DNA of 64,000 bases from Escherichia coli. GTDB taxonomy: Bacteria; Pseudomonadota; Gammaproteobacteria; Enterobacterales; Enterobacteriaceae. The notes beneath the pieces were generated by a model. It worked only from the letters and a program-made list of their open reading frames with translations, made no database searches and was not told the origin of the DNA. Shown here piece after piece: positions 1-10,195 of the stretch. The stretch lies in NCBI RefSeq assembly GCF_011045215.1, contig NZ_CP049201.1; one strand, 5' to 3'. Made by a program: the position numbers and the translations under genes. Within the stretch, counting starts at the first letter, position 1. Each line of letters starts with the position of its first letter.

Positions 1-936
1 CTCCCGTACCCCGAAGCCCCGTGTGATAAAGCGCACTTCCGCCCCCGCTTTCAGCAATACCGGTCGGCAGGGCAGCGTTATCGTCATCTGACGCCCCGCT
101 TTCTGCACCCGCTTTACCTTCGACTGTGCACAATGTTCTGCCGTGCCCTGGTCTGGCTGGGTGAAGGGATGACGCTTGTCTGTGGACTCCACATCCACTT
201 TAAGTTCACGCGTGCGACCATCAGACGGAGTAAAGTACCTGACACCAACCTTTCCCCCTTTTCCGCCTCCGGATGCCCCCTGCCGATCGCCCTCCCGGTA
301 ATCCCAGTCTGACACCATATCCGGTGTGATAGTCATCACAGGGGCATCCCTGCCTCCGGTACTCTGCGACGCACCATACTCCAGAAATAACCAGTAACCG
401 TTCGTCGGTTTACTGGTGGCACCGTACATCCCTGCAAGCCGGGAAAGCAGGGACGCATCCGACTCAGATGACTGCATCACCCACGGAATACGAATTTCCT
501 CCAGTACCGGAGATACCCGCGCCACCAGATTATTTTCAGTGGCGATCGTTTTTACCAGGTCACCCAGCGTGACATCGCTGAAGGCGCGGGTTTTCAGTGC
601 AGTCACATCTGCACCATGCCTGGACGCATTCATGGGGGCTGCGGTGGCATAAATGGTGATCCGGCGGGGAGGGCCACCGCTTGCCACCTGACAGACAGTA
701 AAGCTACCCTTATTCACCAGACGTCCGTTAAACCCCAGCCCCAGCGTTAATACTGCGCCTTTCGGTGGCAATGCCAGCGTTTCACTGAACAGCGTTATCA
801 TTAACTCATCAGCCCGCTTTGTGGCAGCACCATTATCGGTATAACGCAGTTCAGCCAGTCCGCGTTTTATTGCTTTCGTGATATCCTCGCCTTCCACCGT
901 CAGACTGAAATCCGGCTGATATTCATTCAGTCCCAT
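1..936 (-). CDS. Tail protein D-like (P2 gpD family), partial; C-terminus beyond window
   Basis: Minus frame open from ATG at 936 to window edge (MGLNEYQPDFSLTVEGEDIT...); follows U and X as in P2/phiCTX tail clusters. Confidence 0.55.
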   Translation of the reverse strand, partial: MGLNEYQPDFSLTVEGEDITKAIKRGLAELRYTDNGAATKRADELMITLFSETLALPPKGAVLTLGLGFNGRLVNKGSFTVCQVASGGPPRRITIYATAAPMNASRHGADVTALKTRAFSDVTLGDLVKTIATENNLVARVSPVLEEIRIPWVMQSSESDASLLSRLAGMYGATSKPTNGYWLFLEYGASQSTGGRDAPVMTITPDMVSDWDYREGDRQGASGGGKGGKVGVRYFTPSDGRTRELKVDVESTDKRHPFTQPDQGTAEHCAQSKVKRVQKAGRQMTITLPCRPVLLKAGAEVRFITRGFGVRE

Positions 937-1145
937 AACTGAAACGTCTCCTTCTCTTCCGGCTCATATGTCCAGTCCGGTAACACAATTTCCACCCCGG
1001 ACGGATACACCGGACCAAGGTCAGCCAGCCCGGGATTGGCTTCCAGTACCGCCGCCAGTGACTGGTTGAGCCCGGCGCTGCCGTAGTGTCTCTGACAGAT
1101 ATCATCCAGCATATCGCCGTCAGTGGTCCGCCAGTTTTTCGCCAT
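927..1145 (-). CDS. Tail protein X (LysM-like, P2 gpX family)
   Basis: 72 aa; ...AVLEANPGLADLGPVYPSGVEIVLPD... resembles P2 gpX; sits between U and D. Confidence 0.65.
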   Translation of the reverse strand: MAKNWRTTDGDMLDDICQRHYGSAGLNQSLAAVLEANPGLADLGPVYPSGVEIVLPDWTYEPEEKETFQLWD

Positions 1146-1614
1146 AGTATTTCAGCTCCAGTGTGAACGTTTTGTTTTTCGGCGCACCGCCGGGAAGAAA
1201 GGACGTGGTGTTATCTGAATAGGCGGTTACAACAAAATACCCCATCACATCCCCCGTCCCGGAAACCAGCAGATGCGGCGCAGGATTTTTATCCACCATC
1301 TGAACCAGCGTATCAAGGGCATCCATCCCCACACCGTCACGAAATCCCGCATGAACCATCCCTTCAAGGCTTATCGTTCTGGCCCCCTTACCGGTATACT
1401 GCAGCAGATCATTTTTTCCGATTAACTGCTGCTCATCCCATCGCCATTCCATGGTGCGCTTCATGGCGTTATACGCCGCTGAATCAATACTGAACTCAAA
1501 CTCACCAAACGACAGCATGACCCGCGAGGCCACATCGGTTAATGAACCAATCCTGTCCCATGCCCTGCGCTCAATCATGTTTGCGCCAAAGCCAACAAAA
1601 TCCACCATCATCAC
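1120..1614 (-). CDS. Tail protein U (P2 gpU family)
   Basis: 164 aa starting MMM..., gpU-like; immediately downstream of tape measure gene. Confidence 0.65.
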   Translation of the reverse strand: MMMVDFVGFGANMIERRAWDRIGSLTDVASRVMLSFGEFEFSIDSAAYNAMKRTMEWRWDEQQLIGKNDLLQYTGKGARTISLEGMVHAGFRDGVGMDALDTLVQMVDKNPAPHLLVSGTGDVMGYFVVTAYSDNTTSFLPGGAPKNKTFTLELKYYGEKLADH

Positions 1615-3266
1615 CCCCAGAATGCATAACTGTCGGTCATGCTGGCCCGCTGGCCAAAATCAATATCACCCAGATTTTTCGTCACCCTGTCTGCCAGCTG
1701 TCCGGCATCCTCGCCGGGCTTCTGGGTGAGGTTAAATTCAGCCCGTATCTGATACGTGGGTTTTACTTCCACCTGGCTGATACTGCCCGGAACGTAGTGA
1801 AGCGCAGAAAGAGGATCCGTTTTTTCCTGCCCCTGTTTTGTAGCGGGTGGGGTGTCATACTTCGCGAGGACATCAAGCGCTTTCTTTTCCCATCCGTCAA
1901 AGTCCGGATCGTCTTCTGGCCCCAGAAAAGGCTCGAGGGACGCCTCAAATTTTTTATCGTCATCACTCAGGAAACCGCGTGTGTCTGTATACGCCTTCAC
2001 AACCTGCTTCGTCAGATCGGGATTTTTTTTAAGCTGATCATCAAACCATTTATCCTGCCCGTTCCTCTTCGCCACTGCCCTTGCCAGCTCTGGCGAGCCT
2101 GTTTTTGCCAGATATTCCAGCACCTCACGCCGGTCACTCCGTGGATCTTCAGCCAGCCCCCACTCGATGGCCTTTTCAGTGAGCCCGGCAATGACTTTTC
2201 CAAAATTCCACGCCCAGGCCGTCACCTTGATCAACATCGGCAGCGCGTCCTCTCTGATAAATGTATTGATTTTTTCCAGCCCGCCGTTTTTAAACCAGTC
2301 CGCCAGGTCGTCCGTGACCTGCTGAATATTCGGTGCCAGCTCTTTCCCCAGCTGTCCACAGATTTCATCAATGGACGAACCCAGAACACCGGTGAGGTTT
2401 GAGACGGCGATATGTCCCCGGACGGCACCATCCGCCCCTTCCCTGGTCACCAGGTTATAGCGCTTCTGCTCCTCAATAAGCTCCCGGTAAGTTTTTCCTG
2501 ACAGACGCATCCAGGTCAGGATCTTATTACCCTCACCACCAAACAATGCATCCGCCATCCCGGCAGCCTTTTGTTCATCCTTCACCTGCAGCAATCGGTC
2601 AAAAAGAAATTCAACCTGCTCCTGGTTGTTTTTTCCCGCCATCGCCCCGGCTTTCAGCCCCAGCGCCCCGAAGACCTGCTGTATGGCACCTTTATCCGAT
2701 GCGCCATTATCATCATCAAAAACCTTGTTGCGGTACTCCTCAAACAGATCCCCGAAGTTTTCCCCGTTCAGCCCCATCTGCTTACCCAGCGAATCCCACG
2801 CTGCATACGTCTCATAATCCACACCGTAACTCCGGGCTATCCCTGCCCGCTCTGCAGTTTCACTGTTCCGGCTAAATGCTGCACCGGCAGCGCCTGCCAG
2901 TGTCAGTCCTGCCCCGACCGAAAGCCCTAACCCCGCTTTCAGAGCGGTCTTTCCACGCCCTTTCCAGCGTTCCAGACGTTCCGCACGTGCCAGCTTACGG
3001 TTAAATTTATCCTGCTCTCCGGTGGCATCATGAATTTTTTTGCCCAGCTTTTCATACTGCTTTCGCAGTTCAGTAATATCCTGCCCTGCCAGTACGCCAG
3101 CCTGAATTTTTCGTTTCAGTACATCCTGCTGGCGAGTCAGGCGAGCCACTTCCTGCGTTGCCCCTGATAATCCGTGCTTCAGTCCATCAACCGATTTTTT
3201 CCACGACGGATCTATCGTGCCGCCGATCCTGATATTCGCTTTCAGGTTATCGCCCACCGTTGCCAT
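1611..3266 (-). CDS. Tail tape measure protein
   Basis: 551 aa, coiled-coil N-terminus and Gly/Ala-rich hydrophobic segment; follows E/E' chaperone gene. Confidence 0.8.
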   Translation of the reverse strand: MATVGDNLKANIRIGGTIDPSWKKSVDGLKHGLSGATQEVARLTRQQDVLKRKIQAGVLAGQDITELRKQYEKLGKKIHDATGEQDKFNRKLARAERLERWKGRGKTALKAGLGLSVGAGLTLAGAAGAAFSRNSETAERAGIARSYGVDYETYAAWDSLGKQMGLNGENFGDLFEEYRNKVFDDDNGASDKGAIQQVFGALGLKAGAMAGKNNQEQVEFLFDRLLQVKDEQKAAGMADALFGGEGNKILTWMRLSGKTYRELIEEQKRYNLVTREGADGAVRGHIAVSNLTGVLGSSIDEICGQLGKELAPNIQQVTDDLADWFKNGGLEKINTFIREDALPMLIKVTAWAWNFGKVIAGLTEKAIEWGLAEDPRSDRREVLEYLAKTGSPELARAVAKRNGQDKWFDDQLKKNPDLTKQVVKAYTDTRGFLSDDDKKFEASLEPFLGPEDDPDFDGWEKKALDVLAKYDTPPATKQGQEKTDPLSALHYVPGSISQVEVKPTYQIRAEFNLTQKPGEDAGQLADRVTKNLGDIDFGQRASMTDSYAFWG

Positions 3267-3427
3267 AACGTCGCCGCCTCTCTTCCGATTCCTCCAGCAT
3301 CATTGACACAAAATCTGCATACGGCAGCGCCATCACATCTCCGGGAGACCACCCGAACCAGGCACCGGCGCGCCGTATCGCTGTCAGGATGCTGTCTTCT
3401 TCCGCCTGACCGGCGGCAGCAAAAAAA
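3247..3427 (-). other. Predicted -1 programmed frameshift extension (E+E')
   Basis: Coding-strand T TTT TTG at 3427-3421; -1 frame stays open 59 codons to a stop at 3249-3247, overlapping the tape measure start. Confidence 0.55.
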
Positions 3428-3686
3428 CATTAAACTGCCGCTCCAGGGCCAGGTAATCACACGCTTCCATATTCATCATGTCCGCCGCATCCATTCCGCA
3501 CAGGCCGGCTATCATATCCAGATCGGCTTCTGCTTCCGGCTTGGTACTCCGGCGATGTAACAGACGATCGCGGACGGTGGGTGCACGCATGGTGACATGC
3601 GAGATTGTCTGACCTGACGCAGTGACATACGGCACGGATAACACAATCTCCACGCTGCTGCAGGGAATACTGTTTATCTCTGGCAT
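3384..3686 (-). CDS. Tail assembly chaperone E (P2 gpE-like)
   Basis: 100 aa ORF between tube and tape measure genes; slippery heptamer near its 3' end. Confidence 0.6.
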   Translation of the reverse strand: MPEINSIPCSSVEIVLSVPYVTASGQTISHVTMRAPTVRDRLLHRRSTKPEAEADLDMIAGLCGMDAADMMNMEACDYLALERQFNVFLLPPVRRKKTAS

Positions 3687-3746
3687 ATTGATTTCCTCTT
3701 AAAAAGAAAAGGCGGCCTGAACCGCCTGAATGACCACTTCTCCGGA

Positions 3747-4265
3747 TCACACCCGGATAATTTTTTTCAGATCCGACAGCACATTCACACCGTTAATGCG
3801 CCGTACAAACTGCTCCGGAATAATGCAGATGGTCTCCAGTCCATCGACAGCCTGGCGGTAATAACTCAGTGACATTTCCACCGACACCGCTGCTTCTGCC
3901 TGCGAGGTGGACGGACGCGCATCCGGCGTGATACTGGTGATCATCCCCTGAAGGGTTTCCACCAGACCGCTTGTTGCACCGCCCACCTGATACGCCTGAC
4001 GGACAACAATTTCTGGCGAATAAATCCCTGCCTGCAATCCCAGCAGAGTCAGTATGGCCACGTCGTATCCGTAAATTTTAAACGAGCAGGTCAGCGCCTC
4101 CATACCGTCATCCACTGACACCGGCGCATCCATCGCACCGGTTTTGATGTCCACCTTCGTGATATTGATGGCCGGAGGCGTGTACTCATGTGCCCCCTGA
4201 AGGCGAATACCACCCGGCAGAAAGAGCGCCCATGCCCGTAGCAGTTTTTTTTCGCACGACATCAT
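3747..4265 (-). CDS. Tail tube protein (P2 FII-like)
   Basis: 172 aa, same length and position as P2 FII downstream of sheath. Confidence 0.75.
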   Translation of the reverse strand: MMSCEKKLLRAWALFLPGGIRLQGAHEYTPPAINITKVDIKTGAMDAPVSVDDGMEALTCSFKIYGYDVAILTLLGLQAGIYSPEIVVRQAYQVGGATSGLVETLQGMITSITPDARPSTSQAEAAVSVEMSLSYYRQAVDGLETICIIPEQFVRRINGVNVLSDLKKIIRV

Positions 4266-5737
4266 ACTGTCAGTTCCTCCTGTGCCAGTTTATTGTTGAT
4301 CATTGTACGCAGCGTCAGGCGTTCCAGTGGTGACTTCGGCCCGAAGTCATAGTCGATATACAACTGCCCGGCAGCCAGGGTTTCTGCTGTATTCAGTTCG
4401 TCGTTCAGCCATGCGCTACCACCGTGGATCGCGCCCAGATTTTTAAGCTGGCGCATGTAGGCATTAATACTGCCGAGAATATCGTCCGCAACATCCCGAT
4501 CAATCGGACGGTCAACATAAGGCAACATGGATTCCTGAACACTGTCTTCAATCACATCAGCCGTACGGCGCACGGACTCAAAGCGCAACTGGCTATGAGA
4601 TGTGCACAGGCGGTTACCCCAGTGTTTAAAACCGTCATGACGAATAATGGTGGAGATGTTTTCCATGTTCAGCAGATTTGCCGTGCAGTTCTGCTCCCCG
4701 AGAATAAATGTATCCACCTGCTCAAGACCGGTGATATTCATCACGTCCTGATTTGATTTGGACCACCACCATCCTTTTTCATAATCAATACGGGCACGCA
4801 GTCCGGCAGCGCGTGCCGAATACGGGCGAAACACTGTTTGTCCGCTGTCATCCGTCACCGACACGCGCGGACGAAGCAGTTCAACACGCCCACCAAATAA
4901 CGTCCGGCGCTGAACCACATCCTGCGGCGTTACCATTGAGGGGGAGTCAATATAGGCAACAGCCCGCAGTTTCGCGGCATACGTTTCCAGCGCCTTTGCC
5001 ACACCATCATCCTCGCTGTAGCCAGTGGCGACAAGAATACGCGGCTGGTAGCCTGTTACGCCTTTGCTCTTCGTCAGAGCTTCCATGGCCTTAATCACTG
5101 CGGCACGCTGTTCTGCCTCCTTCGCTTTCGGTTTGCTTTCCGCACGTACCACAATCACCAGCGCACCGGTCTGGTCAAAAATATCACGCAGGGCAGGATA
5201 CAGCGTTCCGGAAGCCCCCAGCTTTCCGGCCTGCGTGAGTGCCCCCGCCACCACCACCGGCGTATTAACCGGAAATGCCTCATCCTCACCGCCGGACAAC
5301 GTCAGGGTAAAGGGAGATACCACTCCTTCCCCGACAGAATCTGCATTCAGCATGCTGGTATCGGCCATCACCGGTGAATCCTCCAGCGCATTCACAACCT
5401 CCTTCACACGTGACGCAGTGGCATTCGTCTCACCATGTTCATCTGTGCCCAGTGTGATCGTCAGGGTGTTTCCCTCCAGAGCCGCGGTTGTCTCTGCGTT
5501 TTGCTGCGTGCTTCCGTTGGCCACAACTGAAATCTCATTGCCGGACCGCCCGGCTTTTTTCGCTGTAAAATCCAGCGCGGAACTCAACAACCATGATCCG
5601 GCAGTACCGGAAGCACACACACCGCCGGAGGCGTCCGGCGCTGTCCCCACGAGGCCAATCACTGCCGTGGAGACGGTCTGCACGGCCACCGTGCCTGTCG
5701 TCAGTTCAATGGTTTCCACACCATGTAGTCCGGACAT
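4262..5737 (-). CDS. Contractile tail sheath protein (P2 FI-like)
   Basis: N-terminus MSGLHGVETIEL...VSTAVIGLVGTA and C-terminus ...LYIDYDFGP...LTLR resemble P2 FI; ORF track start 5824 is probably an upstream extension. Confidence 0.85.
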   Translation of the reverse strand: MSGLHGVETIELTTGTVAVQTVSTAVIGLVGTAPDASGGVCASGTAGSWLLSSALDFTAKKAGRSGNEISVVANGSTQQNAETTAALEGNTLTITLGTDEHGETNATASRVKEVVNALEDSPVMADTSMLNADSVGEGVVSPFTLTLSGGEDEAFPVNTPVVVAGALTQAGKLGASGTLYPALRDIFDQTGALVIVVRAESKPKAKEAEQRAAVIKAMEALTKSKGVTGYQPRILVATGYSEDDGVAKALETYAAKLRAVAYIDSPSMVTPQDVVQRRTLFGGRVELLRPRVSVTDDSGQTVFRPYSARAAGLRARIDYEKGWWWSKSNQDVMNITGLEQVDTFILGEQNCTANLLNMENISTIIRHDGFKHWGNRLCTSHSQLRFESVRRTADVIEDSVQESMLPYVDRPIDRDVADDILGSINAYMRQLKNLGAIHGGSAWLNDELNTAETLAAGQLYIDYDFGPKSPLERLTLRTMINNKLAQEELTV

Positions 5738-5792
5738 ACATTTCTCCCATAAAAAAACCGCCCCTGAGGCGGTCAGTTGATTTACTTCTTTT

Positions 5793-6338
5793 TCAGGTGT
5801 TTTGTGGAGGTACTGGCCACTCAATGGCGTTATATGAGGTTTTATCAGTGATGGTGCTGAAATCCATCGCCTGCAGCGATTTCGCGTAAATGCGGTACGC
5901 TTTCAGCTTTTCCCTGTCCTCGTCGCTGATTAATCCCAGCAACAGGTCTTTTTCCCATTCGCTGGTCATTATACTGACCTGTTTTAACAGGGCATCACGC
6001 TCGTCTTCCGCTTTAAGTTTGTAGTCGAAAACAAATTCATCATTGCGGTAAAACCAGTAGCCTGATGCTTCAATGCGACGATTAGCGGTAATATCCGGCA
6101 ACTCAATCACGCTTTTATTTTCCGGGCAGATTGAGGTGATGTCTTTTCCGACCCAGACCACTTCGCCAGTTTCAACATAAATAACTTTCAGGGTGTCTGG
6201 TAGAAATTTTTCCTGGGCTTCGTGCCATTCCTGTCCATCATCTGAGAACAGCCACAATAAAAATTTATGCTGTCGCGCCAGCTGGTATTGCTCAATTGTT
6301 TTAGGGTTTTGTACCGTAATATTTTTTAAGTGCATCAT
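5793..6338 (-). CDS. Tail fiber assembly protein (Tfa/gpG-like)
   Basis: 181 aa directly downstream of tail fiber gene; C-terminal ...IEWPVPP typical of Tfa chaperones. Confidence 0.6.
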   Translation of the reverse strand: MMHLKNITVQNPKTIEQYQLARQHKFLLWLFSDDGQEWHEAQEKFLPDTLKVIYVETGEVVWVGKDITSICPENKSVIELPDITANRRIEASGYWFYRNDEFVFDYKLKAEDERDALLKQVSIMTSEWEKDLLLGLISDEDREKLKAYRIYAKSLQAMDFSTITDKTSYNAIEWPVPPQNT

Positions 6339-6340
6339 GA

Positions 6341-7714
6341 TTACAAACTCGCTACATTTCTCCAGACGCCATTAATCAGAACCTGCACCGGGCGTGCATT
6401 GGCCCAGTCCACACTTTCACCGCCATCAACACCACTCAGTAAATGACCTGATGGCGCATTTCCCCCGCGTCCAATACCAATGGCGCTTCCCAGACGTACA
6501 TCCTGCACGCCGCCTGTTTTGGTCTGATAGCGGGCATCAAAGTTTCCGTAGTTTGATGGAGTTATCTGCCCATTTACAGCGAATGTGACGCTACCGTCTG
6601 TATTTCTCTGACTGTAGAAATGCCAGCCGGAATCATCACCAAGCTCTGCAACTACAGGTCTGGATGGATTACCCCATAAATTAAACCCTACGTTCTTCGT
6701 GGAGCTGTTGGAGCTGGATAGCGTGAATTTTTTACTATCCCCGGCCTGAACGTTTTTAAAAGCAATAGCAACTCCATTCTGAAAGCGAAATACGCGCTGA
6801 TTATTAGCATAAACATCCAGAATGCCGTCGCCGTTTTGTTTTATACCTGTATCGTTATCACCGAGAGTAATAGAATTACCACCCAATGCGTTATTCGTAC
6901 CAAGCGCCAGCCCACCATCAATTTTTGCACCGTGGCTGACTGATATAGCGCCTGTTCTCAGATTTATAGCAAATGGCCTTAATGGGCCGATATCACCGTT
7001 TTCGCCCCGTCCTTCAGACGTCGGGATAAAATGAAGATATTCTTCCGAACGACGAAAAATCAGGCCAAAAGCATCGTCGAAAATTCGCAGCGCATTCACC
7101 GTGCCAATTTTCAGCTCCCCGGTCATGGTGTCACCACCGCGCTGAACGGCATTTTTCGCTTTATCCACCGTAGGTTTTAATCCGAGGTTATCAACCGCTT
7201 CATCTTTATCTTCCACATCGGCAAGATTCTCGCCGATGCGCAGATAGCGTTTATCTCCGGCCTCCTGCGTGATAATCGCCCTGTGAGGATCCACCTCCAG
7301 CGTCACACTCTGTGTATGTGTAAGCGCAAGAACCAGTGTCAGTATCACCTCCTTGATAACGGAATCCGTCTGTGCCGGTAAATACGTATCCGGATAACGA
7401 CCATACGCAATCAGCGTGCCACGGCGACTCACCATCCCCAGCTCGCGCAGGGTCTTTCCCGGGTATGACTGACAGTCAATGACAATATCCCCGCTGATAA
7501 AACCTTCGTCCACCACGCCGCCTGAAAAGGGCTCCCGACCAAACTCACCACACAACATGACCATCGCCGCCATCTCATCCGGCGTTGAGGGCAGTGTTTT
7601 CCCGCCCCCGTCACCAATCATCACCTGACTGATGGTCACCACCTCACCGGCATGATATGCAGCTTCAATTTCGGCTGCCCCGGCTGTTGTCAAAACTAGT
7701 CCATGCATACCCAC
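6341..7714 (-). CDS. Tail fiber protein (P2 gpH-like N-terminus)
   Basis: 457 aa; conserved gpH-type N-terminal domain, Gly/Asn-rich distal part. Confidence 0.75.
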   Translation of the reverse strand: MGMHGLVLTTAGAAEIEAAYHAGEVVTISQVMIGDGGGKTLPSTPDEMAAMVMLCGEFGREPFSGGVVDEGFISGDIVIDCQSYPGKTLRELGMVSRRGTLIAYGRYPDTYLPAQTDSVIKEVILTLVLALTHTQSVTLEVDPHRAIITQEAGDKRYLRIGENLADVEDKDEAVDNLGLKPTVDKAKNAVQRGGDTMTGELKIGTVNALRIFDDAFGLIFRRSEEYLHFIPTSEGRGENGDIGPLRPFAINLRTGAISVSHGAKIDGGLALGTNNALGGNSITLGDNDTGIKQNGDGILDVYANNQRVFRFQNGVAIAFKNVQAGDSKKFTLSSSNSSTKNVGFNLWGNPSRPVVAELGDDSGWHFYSQRNTDGSVTFAVNGQITPSNYGNFDARYQTKTGGVQDVRLGSAIGIGRGGNAPSGHLLSGVDGGESVDWANARPVQVLINGVWRNVASL

Positions 7715-7717
7715 AAC

Positions 7718-8299
7718 TCACTCCACCCACTCATCCCGGATACCCCGGGTATCATCAGCACTGATACCACTGACTTTTTCTGTTGCCATCACATAACCGT
7801 AACCAAAAATACGCCCCCTGCTGTTTCCGTAAAGATGAACACTGAACCAGCTGCGCAGATTTTTGGCACGGAGCACCGCATGCTTCAGATCCTGATAGTC
7901 ATTCATCTGTACCGGTAAATCCTTCTGCTCCACATTCAACCGGAAGGTATAGGGTTCACCTGGTGGCGTCTGCTCATACCACTCCACAATCTGTGACCGG
8001 AACGGGCTGTCTGTCAGTGATTCGTTCAGAGCGGCTTTTGTTCCCCGGTGACGATGGATATAAGCGGCACGTTTTATCGCCGCTCTTTTTTCCGCCTCCG
8101 TCCAGTGTTCATTCCAGGCGTCCACCGACATTTCCCAGGCCAGCCATGGCAGCAATTCCGTCGGACATAAATCGGGATTTTTTACATAGCGGATCAGACA
8201 GACCGCGATTTCCGCCAGCATATCACCGGCGGTACTGTCCACCACCCGCTCTGCCCGGCTGGCGCTGACAGGAAGTATGCTTCTGATGATGTCATTCAT
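7718..8299 (-). CDS. Baseplate/tail formation protein I
   Basis: 193 aa between J and tail fiber, as in P2. Confidence 0.65.
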   Translation of the reverse strand: MNDIIRSILPVSASRAERVVDSTAGDMLAEIAVCLIRYVKNPDLCPTELLPWLAWEMSVDAWNEHWTEAEKRAAIKRAAYIHRHRGTKAALNESLTDSPFRSQIVEWYEQTPPGEPYTFRLNVEQKDLPVQMNDYQDLKHAVLRAKNLRSWFSVHLYGNSRGRIFGYGYVMATEKVSGISADDTRGIRDEWVE

Positions 8300-9206
8300 C
8301 GGTTGCCTCCACCTTGTTCAGTGTGACTGAGCGACACCATGGAGCCTGTCCCATCGCCGGAACAATATCACTGGCCGGCGATTTCAGTGCCACCGTAATC
8401 ACCCCCGTCTGATGCAGGGCTCCGTCCATACCGGAGCAGGACGCCACAGAACCAATCCGGTGAACACTGTCAGTGTATGTCTGCAGCGCCTGACGGGCAT
8501 TTTTCATCACCAGTTCACCATCCAGCCCGTAGGGAATATGAATATCTGCAACCACATCGTAGAGAATAATTTCTGCCGCACGGACACTGACAAAATCCGT
8601 CAGAGGTCGAATTTCATCATCATTGACTGACGCTGCCACCTTATCCAGCAGGGGTTGCGATGCCGTACCGTTTCCGGTTCGCGATAACACATAAAGAAAA
8701 ACACGCCCTTCCTGTGAATGCGTTTCCGGCCCGTAGGCTTTCACATCCAGCACATCAGGATCAGCACTCTGTGCAAAATAATGGTAAGCATTTTTCGCAC
8801 CGGCTGTACTGAGTCGCGCCCACGACAACTGAATACGCTCACGAAAGGCATCATCCCCTTCATACACCGCCGGTGTGGGCGGGATAGTGCTGTCATCTGC
8901 CGGAGTAATCACCAGACGTTGCACCTGAAAATTCGCACCAATCTGATCCAGATCGTTCCTGCGGGCACTGGCAAGCAGTACAGCCCGGACTGCATCATTG
9001 ACCTGCTGGCGCATCAGCGCCACCCGAAAAGCAAGCGCCTCCGCCCATTTATACGCCGGATCTGATTCCACCAGGGCCGAAAACAACGTGTCCAGTTCCT
9101 GATATTTCGCCACTATCTGAGTGACCAGCACAGCGGTGTCCGGCACCTCCACCGCATCCGGTACAGGTATCGCGGACAAATCAATAATGGCCTGAGACGT
9201 TGTCAA
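8292..9206 (-). CDS. Baseplate assembly protein J
   Basis: 304 aa, gpJ-like, between W and I. Confidence 0.8.
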   Translation of the reverse strand: MTTSQAIIDLSAIPVPDAVEVPDTAVLVTQIVAKYQELDTLFSALVESDPAYKWAEALAFRVALMRQQVNDAVRAVLLASARRNDLDQIGANFQVQRLVITPADDSTIPPTPAVYEGDDAFRERIQLSWARLSTAGAKNAYHYFAQSADPDVLDVKAYGPETHSQEGRVFLYVLSRTGNGTASQPLLDKVAASVNDDEIRPLTDFVSVRAAEIILYDVVADIHIPYGLDGELVMKNARQALQTYTDSVHRIGSVASCSGMDGALHQTGVITVALKSPASDIVPAMGQAPWCRSVTLNKVEATDE

Positions 9207-9537
9207 TTCTGATTTCCTCCAGACGAATTGTTTCCTGTGTTTCGTTATTCACGCCCAAAAGCGTCAACATGACATTTCCCTCACCGCCGAAGCTCACCTC
9301 CACACGGCGGATCGTCAGTCTCGGTTCCCAGCGTTCAAGAGCGGTAACCGTCTCACGGACAATCCTCACCCGTGTGAAATCATCCTGCGGGTTATCAAGC
9401 AGACTGAACAACCTGCTGCCGTATTCCCTGAGAAGTACCCGGCTGCCGACTGGTGTTGACAAAATATCGGTGACGGACTGACGCAGATGTTCGTTACCGT
9501 GCAGATATCTGCCGGTGGCGGAATCAATACCAATCAT
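9181..9537 (-). CDS. Baseplate protein W (GPW/gp25 family)
   Basis: about 118 aa from MIGIDSATGRY...; between V and J. Confidence 0.7.
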   Translation of the reverse strand: MIGIDSATGRYLHGNEHLRQSVTDILSTPVGSRVLLREYGSRLFSLLDNPQDDFTRVRIVRETVTALERWEPRLTIRRVEVSFGGEGNVMLTLLGVNNETQETIRLEEIRIDNVSGHY

Positions 9538-9571
9538 GAAATTTTTCCGAAAAAAAACGCCGGTGCGGCGT

Positions 9572-10195
9572 TCACATTTCCTGGTTAGGTTTACGGGTGG
9601 TTCCCCCGCTGTCGCCAGGGTGATCATGAGTATTATAAATTTCGCGAATTTTACTCATGCTGCCGGTTTTATCGGTGATCTCCTGTGAGGCACCGATATT
9701 GCCCAGAACCTGCGTATCGGCATTAATCTTCGTTTCTCCCTGCACAGTCAGGGTATCCGTGATTTCCACCGGACCGTCCAGCGTTCCCCTGCCGGTGATT
9801 TTATAGCTGCCGCTTTCAGCCAGCGTGATGGACAGGGCATTGGCTTTACGGTCGTAACGGATTTCCGTTCCGGTATCAAACAAAATAACATGCTCGTGTT
9901 CACTGCCCGCCGGTACAGGAATGGCGTCAATATTCGCCCCCGGATACACACGACCGTTACGCAGATCGCCCGCCTCCGATATCACCGTGACCGCATCTCC
10001 TGGTGCCGGGTAATTACTGACCTGCATGTAACGCCCGGACTGCATCTGAATCCAGGGCAACGGCGGCGAAAGCACATCTCCGATATCCACCCGAACCATC
10101 ACCGGGTTACCCGGGATCACCTCTTCCACCACGCCGCGACGGATCATGTCCGCCACCCTGCGGCGTAACTCTGCCACTTCATCCGCCAGACTCAT
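9572..10195 (-). CDS. Baseplate spike/assembly protein V
   Basis: Start MSLADEVAELRRRVADMIRRG... resembles P2 gpV N-terminus; ORF track 5' extension to 10354 unlikely to be coding. Confidence 0.75.
   Translation of the reverse strand: MSLADEVAELRRRVADMIRRGVVEEVIPGNPVMVRVDIGDVLSPPLPWIQMQSGRYMQVSNYPAPGDAVTVISEAGDLRNGRVYPGANIDAIPVPAGSEHEHVILFDTGTEIRYDRKANALSITLAESGSYKITGRGTLDGPVEITDTLTVQGETKINADTQVLGNIGASQEITDKTGSMSKIREIYNTHDHPGDSGGTTRKPNQEM

Noticed and set aside
1542-2402. Long plus-strand ORFs antisense to structural genes (for example 1542-2402, 5064-5780, 28145-29119, 43826-44632, 14330-14773)
   Set aside because: They fully overlap well-supported minus-strand genes with strong family resemblance, have low-complexity Pro/Ser/Arg-rich translations and no convincing RBS; treated as shadow ORFs.
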